Part shown: positions 1 through 9,294 of the stretch, in pieces
How the letters are laid out: the number at the start of each line of letters is the position of its first letter
Numbering within the stretch: the first letter of the stretch is position 1
Source: an uncultured bacterium
Lineage (GTDB): Bacteria > Acidobacteriota > HRBIN11 > JAKEFK01
Length of the DNA: 64,000 bases
NCBI GenBank assembly: GCA_963777505.1
Contig: CAVZQN010000004.1
Location: 1,088,001-1,152,000 of the forward strand
Direction: 5' to 3'
The notes under the pieces: generated by a model
The model's database searches: none
The model's input: only the letters and a program-made list of their open reading frames with translations
Told to the model about the DNA's origin: nothing
Translations under genes and position numbers: made by a program

Positions 1-453
1 CCTGTTAAAGAATTTGCCCAGAAAAATTTGTTCGATCCTTTACACATCAGCGAAAGTCAATGGAAATTTTCACCACTGGGACTTGCTATGACAGGTGGTG
101 GTCTCAGTTTGCAAAGCAGGGACCTTCTAAAATTGGGACAACTTTATTTGAATGGCGGCACCTGGAATGGAAAGCGCGTTGTTTCTGAAGGTTGGGTAAA
201 AACATCGATTCAACCACATGCTAGGATCGACGATGATACGGAATATGGATACTTATGGTGGCTTAAGAAATTCAAAGCCGGCGAAAAAAATCATGGTGCG
301 TACTTAATGTCCGGAAATGGTGGAAACAAGATTGCAGTCTTTCCCGAATTGGAAATGGTAGTCGTGTTAACAAGTACGAATTACGGAACGTCGGGTATGC
401 ATCAGCAAACCGATCGCTTGCTGTCCGAATTTATACTTGTTGAGGTAAAGTAA
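1..453 (+). CDS. Serine hydrolase / beta-lactamase family protein, C-terminal part (5' truncated by window)
   Basis: Frame open from base 1; GGGLSL..RDLLKLGQLYL, YGYLWW and SGNGGNKI motifs typical of class C beta-lactamase-like hydrolases. Confidence 0.85.
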   Translation, partial: PVKEFAQKNLFDPLHISESQWKFSPLGLAMTGGGLSLQSRDLLKLGQLYLNGGTWNGKRVVSEGWVKTSIQPHARIDDDTEYGYLWWLKKFKAGEKNHGAYLMSGNGGNKIAVFPELEMVVVLTSTNYGTSGMHQQTDRLLSEFILVEVK

Positions 454-487
454 GGCCTGAGGATTTTCGGCGTCTTTGCGGTAAAGA

Positions 488-1732
488 ATGGCCTTCAATC
501 GCGATATCGTTCTGCTTTTTGGAAGCCGTATTGTGCGAATGTTTGCTTACGGCTTCTTGTCAGTGGTACTGCTTTTATATCTAACTTCGATCGGTCTAAC
601 AGAAACGCAAGCCGGACTTCTCCTGACTTTAACGCTTGTTGGAGATATCGCCATTTCGCTCTGGATGACAGTGCATGCAGACAGGCTTGGCCGGCGTCGC
701 ATGATGTTACTGGGTGCAGTGCTGATGATTGTTGCAGGGATTGTCTTTGCGTTTACTAATAATTTTGTAATCCTGTTGATTGCTGCTGCGATCGGTGTGA
801 TCAGTCCAAGCGGTCATGAAGTCGGCCCTTTTCTTTCGATTGAACAGGCTTCGCTTGCGCAGTCGATTCCGGATAACAAACGTACCCACTTTTTTGCCTG
901 GTACAATCTGGCCGGATCATTTGCCACTGCGGCTGGAGCACTAGCAGTTGGAGTTTTCAGTGAAGCATTGATGAAGTCGGGGTACAGCGTTATTGAAAGT
1001 TACCGGGCCGTTGTTCTTGGTTATGCAATTTTTGGTGTTCTTCTTGTGATCATCTTCTTGCAGCTTTCAAATGCGATCGAAGTAGGGGCGGGTCTAAGAC
1101 CCGCCCGGACAGACCTCCAATCTAAACTTGGCCTACATCGTTCAAAGAAAGTTGTATTACGCTTATCGGCTCTTTTTGCTATGGACGCTTTTGGCGGCGG
1201 CTTCATTATGCAAAGCATTATTGCCTATTGGTTTCACATTCGTTATGGCGTAGACCCGGCAACACTTGGAACAATTTTCTTTTTTGCAAACCTGCTTGCT
1301 GGAATTTCCGCGCTGGCTGCAGCGCGTCTGGCTGCAAGGATCGGGCTTATCAATACAATGGTCTACACTCACATTCCTGCGAATGCAATGCTATTTCTTG
1401 TGCCATTAATGCCGTCATTTGCCTGGGCGATCGGAGTTTTTGTAGCACGATTCAGCATTTCCCAAATGGATGTGCCGACAAGACAATCGTATTTAATGGC
1501 GGTTGTTGATCCGGATGAACGTTCTGCTGCCGCTGGTGTCACTGCAATTGCGCGGTCTGTTGGGGCGTCCTTGTCACCAATCATCACAGGCCCACTTTTA
1601 GCTAGCTCTGTTTTAATCGGTGCGCCTTTTTTTATCGCAGGCTTTTTGAAAATTACATATGACCTGCTTTTGTATCGCAGCTTTAGAGCTGTTAAGCCAC
1701 CCGAAGAAAGAATAAACTCGGCGATACTCTGA
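488..1732 (+). CDS. MFS transporter
   Basis: About 12 hydrophobic segments; ADRLGRRR (MFS motif A); QMDVPTRQSY. Confidence 0.9.
   Translation: MAFNRDIVLLFGSRIVRMFAYGFLSVVLLLYLTSIGLTETQAGLLLTLTLVGDIAISLWMTVHADRLGRRRMMLLGAVLMIVAGIVFAFTNNFVILLIAAAIGVISPSGHEVGPFLSIEQASLAQSIPDNKRTHFFAWYNLAGSFATAAGALAVGVFSEALMKSGYSVIESYRAVVLGYAIFGVLLVIIFLQLSNAIEVGAGLRPARTDLQSKLGLHRSKKVVLRLSALFAMDAFGGGFIMQSIIAYWFHIRYGVDPATLGTIFFFANLLAGISALAAARLAARIGLINTMVYTHIPANAMLFLVPLMPSFAWAIGVFVARFSISQMDVPTRQSYLMAVVDPDERSAAAGVTAIARSVGASLSPIITGPLLASSVLIGAPFFIAGFLKITYDLLLYRSFRAVKPPEERINSAIL
1082..1106. repeat. GTAG-type REP palindrome inside the MFS coding sequence
   Basis: GTAG followed by GGGCGGGTC-TAA-GACCCGCCC, a perfect 9-bp stem. 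Confidence 0.6.
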
Positions 1733-1749
1733 CGGTAAAAGACACAGAG

Positions 1750-2211
1750 TCATTCCTTGCCGAATGTAGGTTGGTTCGGAATTTCGTCTATATTTTCAGG
1801 CAACGCGGGGAAATATTTACAAAGAATTGCGCCACCTTTGTTGAGGATGATAATTAGTCCTTCGACGAATTCGCCTTTTTTGAAATATTCACTCAACTCC
1901 TGAGCGAGTGTATTCCATCCGTTTTGACCCAGTACTTTATAGATGCCTTCATCGCCAAAAATTGCAAATTTATGATCTTCAACTGCCAGATAAATTAACA
2001 CACCGCTTCGATTTTTCGTGTTGGTAAGTCCGAGTTCTTTCATCAGGACGTATGCACGTTCGAGCGGATCGCCACTGCATTTGCTTTCGATATGGACCAG
2101 AATTTCGCCCTGCGTATTTTTTTCCGCCTCAAAAATGGCTTCGCTGATACGCGCAATTTCGTCTTTCGTAAAAAACAAACGCGGATTTGTAGACCGTTTT
2201 TGTTCTGTCAT
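1750..2211 (-). CDS. TPM domain protein (short type)
   Basis: AEKNTQGEI..GVLIYLAVEDHKFAIFGDEGI..DEIPN; start moved to the ATG at 2211, just after the upstream stop. Confidence 0.85.
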   Translation of the reverse strand: MTEQKRSTNPRLFFTKDEIARISEAIFEAEKNTQGEILVHIESKCSGDPLERAYVLMKELGLTNTKNRSGVLIYLAVEDHKFAIFGDEGIYKVLGQNGWNTLAQELSEYFKKGEFVEGLIIILNKGGAILCKYFPALPENIDEIPNQPTFGKE

Positions 2212-2212
2212 G

Positions 2213-3070
2213 TTACCAGCTTCCGCTCGCGCCTCCGCCGCCTGAAGATCCGCCACCTCCACTGAATCCGCCGAACCCACCTCCTCCACCACCACCTGAA
2301 CCACCGCCCCAGCCACCTCCGTAAAATCCACCACCGCCCCAATGATCATCCCTGCCTCTGGGCATCGGTCCGATCGTAAATCCCCCGCGTTTGTTTAAGC
2401 GATACATAAGAAACAGCAGAACCAGCATTAGTACAATCGCTGCAACAGTTGGGAATTTTTCGGCTTTTTCTTCTGGAGCTGTATATTCACCACGGACTGC
2501 CTTTTCAATTGCAATCACTGTATTTTCAATTCCTTGTTCTGGATTCCCTGCGCGAAATTGCGGAACAAATTCGTCCCTTATGATTCGTCCGGATAACGCA
2601 TCCGGAAGTGCACCCTCAAGACCATAACCAACTTCAATGCGGACTTTTCTTTCGTTTACAAAAATCGCAAGTAACACTCCATTGTCATTGTCTTTTTGAC
2701 CGATTCTCCACGCTTCATACATCCGGTTTGTAAAATCTTCAAGACTTTCATCCTCAAGCGACGGGAAAGTAGCTACAATAATTTGTGTCGATGTTTCCGC
2801 TCCTAATTTCCGTAAACGTTGCTCCAAACGTTCTCTGGCTTCAGGACTTAATAAGGAAGCGTAATCATTTACGTAATTACCGGATGGTGGAGGAATTTCA
2901 AGCGCATCAACTGTAAAGGCGCATGACAATAAGAAGCCGGCAAATATGATCAGCATTTTGTAAACGTGATGGGAGCGCGGACATCTTGTCTGCAAATAAA
3001 TTGCGGACTGGAAGTCCGCGGCCCGTAATGCAGGCTGGAAGCCTGCGCTCCTTAGCGAAGAAGACTGCAT
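2213..3070 (-). CDS. TPM domain protein with TM helix and Gly-rich tail (YgcG-like); start at 3070 or 2956
   Basis: VNDYASLL, IGQKDNDNGVLL, RIEVGYGLEG, C-terminal GGGGASGSW; lemA-TPM-TPM operon. Confidence 0.9.
   Translation of the reverse strand: MQSSSLRSAGFQPALRAADFQSAIYLQTRCPRSHHVYKMLIIFAGFLLSCAFTVDALEIPPPSGNYVNDYASLLSPEARERLEQRLRKLGAETSTQIIVATFPSLEDESLEDFTNRMYEAWRIGQKDNDNGVLLAIFVNERKVRIEVGYGLEGALPDALSGRIIRDEFVPQFRAGNPEQGIENTVIAIEKAVRGEYTAPEEKAEKFPTVAAIVLMLVLLFLMYRLNKRGGFTIGPMPRGRDDHWGGGGFYGGGWGGGSGGGGGGGFGGFSGGGGSSGGGGASGSW
2971..3052. repeat. Cluster of 3 GGGA-type REP-like palindromes
   Basis: One unit forward and two reverse; closely similar cluster at 19460-19560. Confidence 0.8.
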
Positions 3071-3075
3071 GACGA

Positions 3076-3672
3076 TCAGTCGAATTTGACAGCGGGTGGT
3101 TTATCTGCTCCCGCAGCTGCTGAGAAATATGGCACATCTTTAAAGCCGAGTATCCCTGCAATCAAATTCATCGGGAATGAGCGTAGTTTTGTGTTGTATC
3201 CCTGCACAACTTCCGTATATTTGCGCCGCTCAACTGCGATTCTATTTTCTGTGCCTTCTAATTGATTTTGTAACATCAAGAAATTTTCATTCGCTTTAAG
3301 CTGAGGATAGTTTTCAGCTACTGCAAGCAAACGCGACAAAGCTGAACCTAATTGTGCCTGCGCTTCTTCAAACCTTTTGAAGGCTGCGGGATCATTCAAA
3401 AGTTCCGGCGTAATGTTAATTTGACCGGCACGAGAACGAGCTTCCGCAAGCTCTGTATACGTTTCTTTTTCGAATTTCGCTACGCCTTTCACTGTCTCAA
3501 CTAAATTTGGAATCAAATCCATTCTGCGTTGATATACATTTTGCACTTGAGCCCAGGAAGCGTTCACCGCCTCACGTTCTCTTACAAGGCCGTTGTAAGC
3601 AGAGATACCCCACGCACCAATGATCAAAAGGCCTACAACAAGCGCGACAACACAACCAAGTGATTTCTTCAT
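3076..3672 (-). CDS. lemA: LemA family protein
   Basis: QRRMDLIPNLV, ENYPQLKANENF, GTENRIAVERR; SD GAGGAG before ATG 3672. Confidence 0.95.
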   Translation of the reverse strand: MKKSLGCVVALVVGLLIIGAWGISAYNGLVREREAVNASWAQVQNVYQRRMDLIPNLVETVKGVAKFEKETYTELAEARSRAGQINITPELLNDPAAFKRFEEAQAQLGSALSRLLAVAENYPQLKANENFLMLQNQLEGTENRIAVERRKYTEVVQGYNTKLRSFPMNLIAGILGFKDVPYFSAAAGADKPPAVKFD

Positions 3673-3728
3673 GCTTCTACTCCTCTCACACCAAGCTATG
3701 GAAATATTTTCAGATGAATCGGCGGGAC

Positions 3729-4055
3729 TTATTGACCATCTGTCGAACAATCGACGCGTTCCCAACCACCACGAATTCTTGTGCTATTACAGTAGGTTTT
3801 ACCAACAGTAGCAGGCGTATTCAGATACTGCAAAATTCCTTCACAAGTTTCATCTTCCGCGGGAACTACTTCACAGACTCCCTGATAGTTCGAATGAATA
3901 AAACAACACGTAGGTACGGTTTCATTTTGCTGACCTTCCTCAGGCGTAGGTAAGTCAAATGACGGCATATCAGCCCCTATCAAAGAGGAAGAAAGAACGA
4001 TTAGAAGAAACCCTAATCTGAATAACTTTCGATAACTTTGCAGGTCCATATGCAC
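3729..4055 (-). CDS. Small secreted Cys-rich hypothetical protein
   Basis: Signal-peptide-like N-terminus; 6 Cys in the last ~60 aa; GAGG upstream. Confidence 0.7.
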   Translation of the reverse strand: MHMDLQSYRKLFRLGFLLIVLSSSLIGADMPSFDLPTPEEGQQNETVPTCCFIHSNYQGVCEVVPAEDETCEGILQYLNTPATVGKTYCNSTRIRGGWERVDCSTDGQ

Positions 4056-4158
4056 CTCTGCAGAAAACGCGTTATGGATCTAATTTAATCCTGCGATAAC
4101 AAGGTGCTACCCTGGACGGGAAGGTGCAACCTGATTCTTTCAGGTATACGATATAGAT

Positions 4159-4716
4159 ATGGCCTCAGAAGAAACCCTGGTTTTGTTGAAAGCCCTCAAG
4201 TTTTCGGCTAATAAGCACAAGAATCAGCGACGGAAAGATCATGATTTGTCACCCTATATCAATCATCCGATTGATGTCGCTGAGATGCTGCTCCGTGTAG
4301 GAAAGGTTCAAGACATTGATGTGGTTGTAGCGGCTGTTTTGCACGACACCATCGAGGATACCGACACAAAACCCGATGAGATTGAAAAATTATTCGGACA
4401 AAAAGTATTGTCTCTCGTAAATGAAGTTACGGATGATACGACTCTTCCAAAAGAAGTGCGAAAAAACCTGCAAGTCGAGACTGCACCGAAGAAATCTGTC
4501 GGAGCAAAACAAATTAAGATTGCTGATAAAATCAGCAACCTGCGCGATATTGTTCATTCTCCTCCTGCTAATTGGTCACTAGAGCGAAAGATCGAGTATC
4601 TGGATTGGTCTGAACGTGTTGTTGCAGGACTTCGCGGAGTGAATCCCGCACTCGAAAGTCTTTACGATCAGATCTTGATTGAAGCGAAGCAATCACTGCA
4701 TGGCAACCCAAAATAA
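4159..4716 (+). CDS. HD-domain small alarmone hydrolase (Mesh1/SAH-like)
   Basis: H..Q.RK..PYINHP, LHDTIEDT, EVTDD, KIADKISNLRD; no synthetase domain. Confidence 0.88.
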   Translation: MASEETLVLLKALKFSANKHKNQRRKDHDLSPYINHPIDVAEMLLRVGKVQDIDVVVAAVLHDTIEDTDTKPDEIEKLFGQKVLSLVNEVTDDTTLPKEVRKNLQVETAPKKSVGAKQIKIADKISNLRDIVHSPPANWSLERKIEYLDWSERVVAGLRGVNPALESLYDQILIEAKQSLHGNPK

Positions 4717-4731
4717 ATCGCTGAGCCAAAA

Positions 4732-5543
4732 ATGACGAACGAAGCCGAACCCGTTGATTTATATAACAGCACATACGGAAAATTTACAGATCCGATCTTA
4801 GTGGAAATTCGGAATGAAGCATTTGGCAAAGATATCGGTCAGAACAGCTGGATTACCGCATCGGAAGTGCAGCGGCTTTTGCAATGGTTGAAGTTGGGTC
4901 CAGCGAGTCAATTGCTTGAAGTGGCTTGTGGAAGCGGTGGACCTGCTTTGTATGTTGCGGAAACGATCGGCTGCAACATTTGTGGTGTCGATAATAATGA
5001 AAATGGAATTGCAACAGCACGTCAGGCGAGTTCGCAAAAAGGTTTTGCAGGCAAAGTCCGATTTGAAGTTGCAGATGCAAATGGCAGGTTGCCATTCGAC
5101 GCAGAATCATTTGATGCAATCCTGTGCATGGATGCTGTCAATCATTTAACGAATCGATTACAGGTTTTGAGCGAATGGCACAGATTGCTGAAACGCGGTG
5201 GACGATTTCTTTATACCGATCCAATCGTCGTTTCTGGTCCGTTAACCAATGAGGAAATGTCGATTCGAAGTTCGATCGGTTTTTTTCTATTCGTTCCTGC
5301 GGGATGTAATGAACAATGGATAGAACAAAATGGTTTCATATTGTTCATCGTGAGGATGTGACTTCAGATGCTGTACTTATCGCAAAGAGATGGCATGATG
5401 CAAGGGAACGAAGAGAAAAAGAATTAATGTTATTGGAAGGCGAAAATCGTTTTAAAGGCTTACAATTATTTTTCGATACTGTTTACAAGCTTTATAATGA
5501 ACGGCGTTTATCGCGTATTGCCTATGTTGGTGAAAAATCGTAA
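4732..5543 (+). CDS. Class I SAM-dependent methyltransferase (frameshift near 5335)
   Basis: LEVACGSGG motif I; adding one T in GGTTTC joins ORFs 4732..5361 and 5316..5543. Confidence 0.8.
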
Positions 5544-5545
5544 TC

Positions 5546-5785
5546 ATGTGCAGAAGCATTAAAAAGTTAAGAAAACCTCAAGGAATTCCGACTGATGTTG
5601 AGCTTCATGATGCCGCGCGACAGTTTATAAGAAAAATCAGCGGCTTTCGTGAACCATCGCGTACAAATCAGGTCGCGTTTGAACAAGCGATTGATGATGT
5701 CAGTGAAGCAGCGCGAGCGTTGCTGGAAAAGATCGATAAGGCCAGCAATGCAAAAGTTCTAGTCAGTGATGGATCTAAGAATTGA
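5546..5785 (+). CDS. DUF2277 family protein
   Basis: MCRSIKKLR..AARQFIRKISGFREPS signature. Confidence 0.85.
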   Translation: MCRSIKKLRKPQGIPTDVELHDAARQFIRKISGFREPSRTNQVAFEQAIDDVSEAARALLEKIDKASNAKVLVSDGSKN

Positions 5786-6179
5786 TCTGAAGAATACTCA
5801 AATACTTTTGAGTTGTTTCAAGTAGTTCCACTTTTTGTATCGGTTTTTGAACAAAACCATTGCATCCCGCCTGAATACATTTGCTTCTTTCAGTTTCGCC
5901 CGTGTGTCCGGTCAAAGCGATAATTGGAATGTCTCTTCCATTTTGCAGACTGCGAATGTATCTGGATGCTGTATATCCATCCATGACGGGCATTTCCATG
6001 TCCATTAAAATTAATGCAACGGGTTCCTTCATGAAAATTTGAACGGCTTCCGCCCCGTTGTTGGCAAAAATCATCCGTCCAACATGTTTTGCTAACAGTC
6101 GTTCGATCAGTTGTTGATTCATTGGAGCATCATCAACAACAAGAATTGTGCCCTCATTCTTGAGGGTCGCCATGTTCAT
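5775..6179 (-). CDS. Stand-alone response regulator receiver protein
   Basis: LVVDD, LMDMEMPVMDG, IIALT, KP; SD GAGGTG before ATG 6179. Confidence 0.88.
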   Translation of the reverse strand: MNMATLKNEGTILVVDDAPMNQQLIERLLAKHVGRMIFANNGAEAVQIFMKEPVALILMDMEMPVMDGYTASRYIRSLQNGRDIPIIALTGHTGETERSKCIQAGCNGFVQKPIQKVELLETTQKYLSILQINS

Positions 6180-6290
6180 GAGTCCACCTCTTTCCATTAG
6201 TAATGCAAAACTGATTCCAGGTCACTCATCGAGGATGCGGTGCCTCAATTTTGTGCTTTAATCTCGCCGATGTCTGATTTTTGTCCAGCC

Positions 6291-6445
6291 ATAGCCCCCG
6301 GCGTAAGCCGGGGAAAAGAATTGATAGGACACTTTAGCCCGCCTTTGGCGGGCGTAAGAGTAATCACGACAATGGTCTTTCGCCCGCTTGAAGCGGGCTG
6401 GTTCATGTCGCAATCCTCTTACCCCCGGCTTGCGCCGGGGGCTAT
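6291..6445. repeat. 155-bp REPIN/MITE-like element with nested palindromes
   Basis: 23-bp terminal inverted repeats with 1 mismatch (ATAGCCCCCGGCGTAAGCCGGGG) plus two inner hairpins (GCCCGCC..GGCGGGC and GCCCGCTT..AAGCGGGC). Confidence 0.8.
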
Positions 6446-6482
6446 TTTTAGCTTAGATAATTTTTCAAACTAAGGAGTCATT

Positions 6483-7368
6483 ATGAAAATCTTCATCACA
6501 GGTGCAACTGGTTTTATCGGTTCCGCAGTAGCACAAGCGCTCCGAAGAGCCGGACACGAAGTTTGGGGACTCGTCCGAAATCCAGCAAAAGCAAACGAGC
6601 TTCATCGTTCAGAAATCCGAACCGTAACCGGATCCATGCAAGAACCGGAAAAATTCATGGACAAAGCGCGTGAATGCGATGTCCTGATCCATGCTGCATC
6701 GGATCGTGAAGCCGCAATCACCGATCCTGAATTAATCAGGAATTTTTTGACAAGCCGCTGAGAGTGGATCAAAAACGATTGTGTATACAAGTGGAGTTTG
6801 GGTCTACAACAATACTGGAGAAAGTAGTGTTGATGAATCGGCGCCATTGAATCCTCCAAAGCATGTTGCATGGCGTCCTGCGGTTGAGCAAATGGTTTTG
6901 AATGCGCCAGGTGTTCGATCGATTGTCATTCGGCCAGGCTGCGTTTATGGAAAGCAAGGCAGTCTCACTGGAAACTGGTTTAAAGGCGCAGAAAAAGGGG
7001 ATGTCAAAATCATCGGTGACGGAACGAACCATTGGACGATGGTTCACCTTGATGATTTGGCAGATGCATATGTGCGGATTATTGAGAGCAATTCTTCCGG
7101 CGAAATATTCAACGTAACCGATCCTTCGAATTTTACTGTTGCAGAAATGGCAAAGGCTGCATTGCGAGCCTCAGGCCGGGAAGGATCGTTGCGTTTTGTT
7201 CCTGTCGAAGAAGCTACAAAAACAATGGGCACATTCGCAGAATGTCTTGCACTAGATCAACATGTTGATTCAACAAAAGTGAAACGGCTTGTAGGATGGG
7301 AGCCGCGTCACCCAAATTTTGTGGATGATGTAGATACGTATTATCTGGCCTGGAAAGCAAACCAATAA
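6483..7368 (+). CDS. NAD-dependent epimerase/dehydratase family (atypical SDR; frameshift near 6751)
   Basis: ITGATGFIG, YTSGVWVY, RPGCVYG, VHLDDLADAY; removing one A joins the two ORFs; SD AAGGAG. Confidence 0.85.
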
Positions 7369-7818
7369 AATTTCGGATTGCGAGATTCTAAAGATCATTC
7401 CTCGAATGAGTGTTATCAGCTCACTAACTGACTGCGCATTTCTAATGCGCAGCTTAAATTCGTCGATGTCTTCCATGGCTTCCCATAGCTCAGGCGCGCT
7501 ATCAATCACCGTTAGGATTTCTTCTTTAGTTTTTTCGAGAGAGATTTTTGGTAGCTCTTGAAGAACCAACTCAACCCAGATTGTTCGGCCATACATCAGG
7601 TTGAACCCCCAAAATGCGCCATCACTGCCAACCTTGTGAACATCAATTACTCTGATGTAGCGTTCTCGTGAATCGATATAGTAGAGATCTTTGAACCAAC
7701 CATCTTTTAACGCTGACGAGGTGCATCGAGTGAGGTCTGTTGGCTGTTTTGCTACTTCAATGACGCCCTGAGCATAATTCAGATAAAGAAGCGGAAATGC
7801 TAAATCATTGATGGTCAT
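7270..7818 (-). CDS. Hypothetical protein (true 3' end uncertain; overlaps the convergent gene)
   Basis: 182-aa ORF starting 15 nt downstream of the glgA stop; no recognised motif. Confidence 0.6.
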   Translation of the reverse strand: MTINDLAFPLLYLNYAQGVIEVAKQPTDLTRCTSSALKDGWFKDLYYIDSRERYIRVIDVHKVGSDGAFWGFNLMYGRTIWVELVLQELPKISLEKTKEEILTVIDSAPELWEAMEDIDEFKLRIRNAQSVSELITLIRGMIFRISQSEILLVCFPGQIIRIYIIHKIWVTRLPSYKPFHFC

Positions 7819-7833
7819 ACCGCTTTGCCGAGT

Positions 7834-9285
7834 TCAGTGCGCACGTGCGACTGCCCACTCATACAGTTGTTGATAGCCGTAAGCTGATTGCTGCCACGAA
7901 AAGTCGGTGAGCATTCCTTGTCTTTGAATTGCTTGCCATGATTCCGAATCGTTGTAATAAACAAACATGGCACGTTGAATTGCGTTGAAAAAATCATCCG
8001 AGCTGAAGTCATAAAATGTAAAGCCGGTGATGCTATCGCGAACTGTATCGGCAAGTCCGCCAGTTTCTCTGACAACAGGAATACAACCGTATCGCATCGA
8101 AATCATCTGACTGAGTCCGCAGGGTTCAAACAACGAAGGCATGAGGAAGATATCACTACCTCCATAAATTAATGGTGCCAGATCCGGTTCATATGCGAAG
8201 ATGGCCTTCATCTTTTGGTTGTGATAGGAACCCAGTTGAGAAAGCATAATCTCGTATTGTTTTGATCCGCTGCCTAAAACAACAAATTGAGCTTCACCTG
8301 CTTCATGATTCAAAACTCGATGAATTGCATGTCCGACGATATCGAGTCCCTTTTGTTTATCAAGGCGCGTGACCATTGCAAGCAATGGAATGCGATCATT
8401 TTTTGGCAAGCCAAGCCGTTCCTGTAACGCTCGTTTGTTTTTGATCCGTTTTTCGATCTGGCTTGGTCTAAAATGACTGACAAGATTTGGATCGGTAGTT
8501 GGATTCCAGACTTCTGTATCGAGGCCGTTCAGAATGCCATGCAAGTCATTATGTCTGAATCGGAGGAGTCCATCTAATCCCGAACCGCCGCCCGGGGAAA
8601 GAATTTCGCGAGTATAAGTTGGGCTTACAGTATTGATTAACGTGGAATGAAAAATTCCCCGTGCCATAAAATTTATTTCACCGCGGCTTTCTTCATTCAG
8701 TGAATGTGTTTGGACTCCTAAATAGTAAAGAATATCGGCGGAGCTGCGTCCTTGATGTCCCAGATTGTGAATTGTGAAAAGACTTGCGATGCCGCGAAAA
8801 CGTTCATCTGCCTGACCTCTTGTTGCAAGCCAGAGCAAGCCAGGTGCAGCATGCCAATCGTGCGCATGAATAATGTCAGGTCTCCAATTGAGTGCGGGCA
8901 AAAGGTCGAATGCTGCGCGGCAAAAAAATGAGAAGCGGTATGGATCATCGTTATATCCATAAATATTCGGACGGCGGTATAAGTTGCGTTCAGCAATGAA
9001 ATAAACAGGCACATCGCTGCCTGGAATTTCTGCGCGTAATACTCCAGCAGGCAGAATCGTTCCACCAACTGGAACTTGCAAAATCCCTGGCAAAGAGCCA
9101 ATTCCCCATTTTCCTGTTTGATGAGCGTCTTCAATGCTTGGATATGCCGGCATTACGACGCGCACATCGTGTCCAAGCCGCTTCAGCGCTTTAGGAAGTG
9201 ATCCGCAAACGTCTCCGAGCCCGCCGACTTTTGCAAAAGGCGCCGCTTCAGCAGTGAGAAATAAAATTTTCAACGAAACTGCCAT
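7834..9285 (-). CDS. glgA: Glycogen synthase
   Basis: KVGGLGDV, HAHDWH, TIHNL, QKGLD, PSLFEPCGL. Confidence 0.95.
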   Translation of the reverse strand: MAVSLKILFLTAEAAPFAKVGGLGDVCGSLPKALKRLGHDVRVVMPAYPSIEDAHQTGKWGIGSLPGILQVPVGGTILPAGVLRAEIPGSDVPVYFIAERNLYRRPNIYGYNDDPYRFSFFCRAAFDLLPALNWRPDIIHAHDWHAAPGLLWLATRGQADERFRGIASLFTIHNLGHQGRSSADILYYLGVQTHSLNEESRGEINFMARGIFHSTLINTVSPTYTREILSPGGGSGLDGLLRFRHNDLHGILNGLDTEVWNPTTDPNLVSHFRPSQIEKRIKNKRALQERLGLPKNDRIPLLAMVTRLDKQKGLDIVGHAIHRVLNHEAGEAQFVVLGSGSKQYEIMLSQLGSYHNQKMKAIFAYEPDLAPLIYGGSDIFLMPSLFEPCGLSQMISMRYGCIPVVRETGGLADTVRDSITGFTFYDFSSDDFFNAIQRAMFVYYNDSESWQAIQRQGMLTDFSWQQSAYGYQQLYEWAVARAH

Positions 9286-9294
9286 GAATGCTTC

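Noticed and set aside
2213-2345. CCA/CCG triplet-rich low-complexity tract
   Set aside because: It simply encodes the normal Gly-rich tail of the TPM protein.
4095-4145. GGGAAGGTGCAA resembling part of a cobalamin riboswitch
   Set aside because: No B12 box or other conserved elements, the region is too short, and the downstream gene is unrelated.
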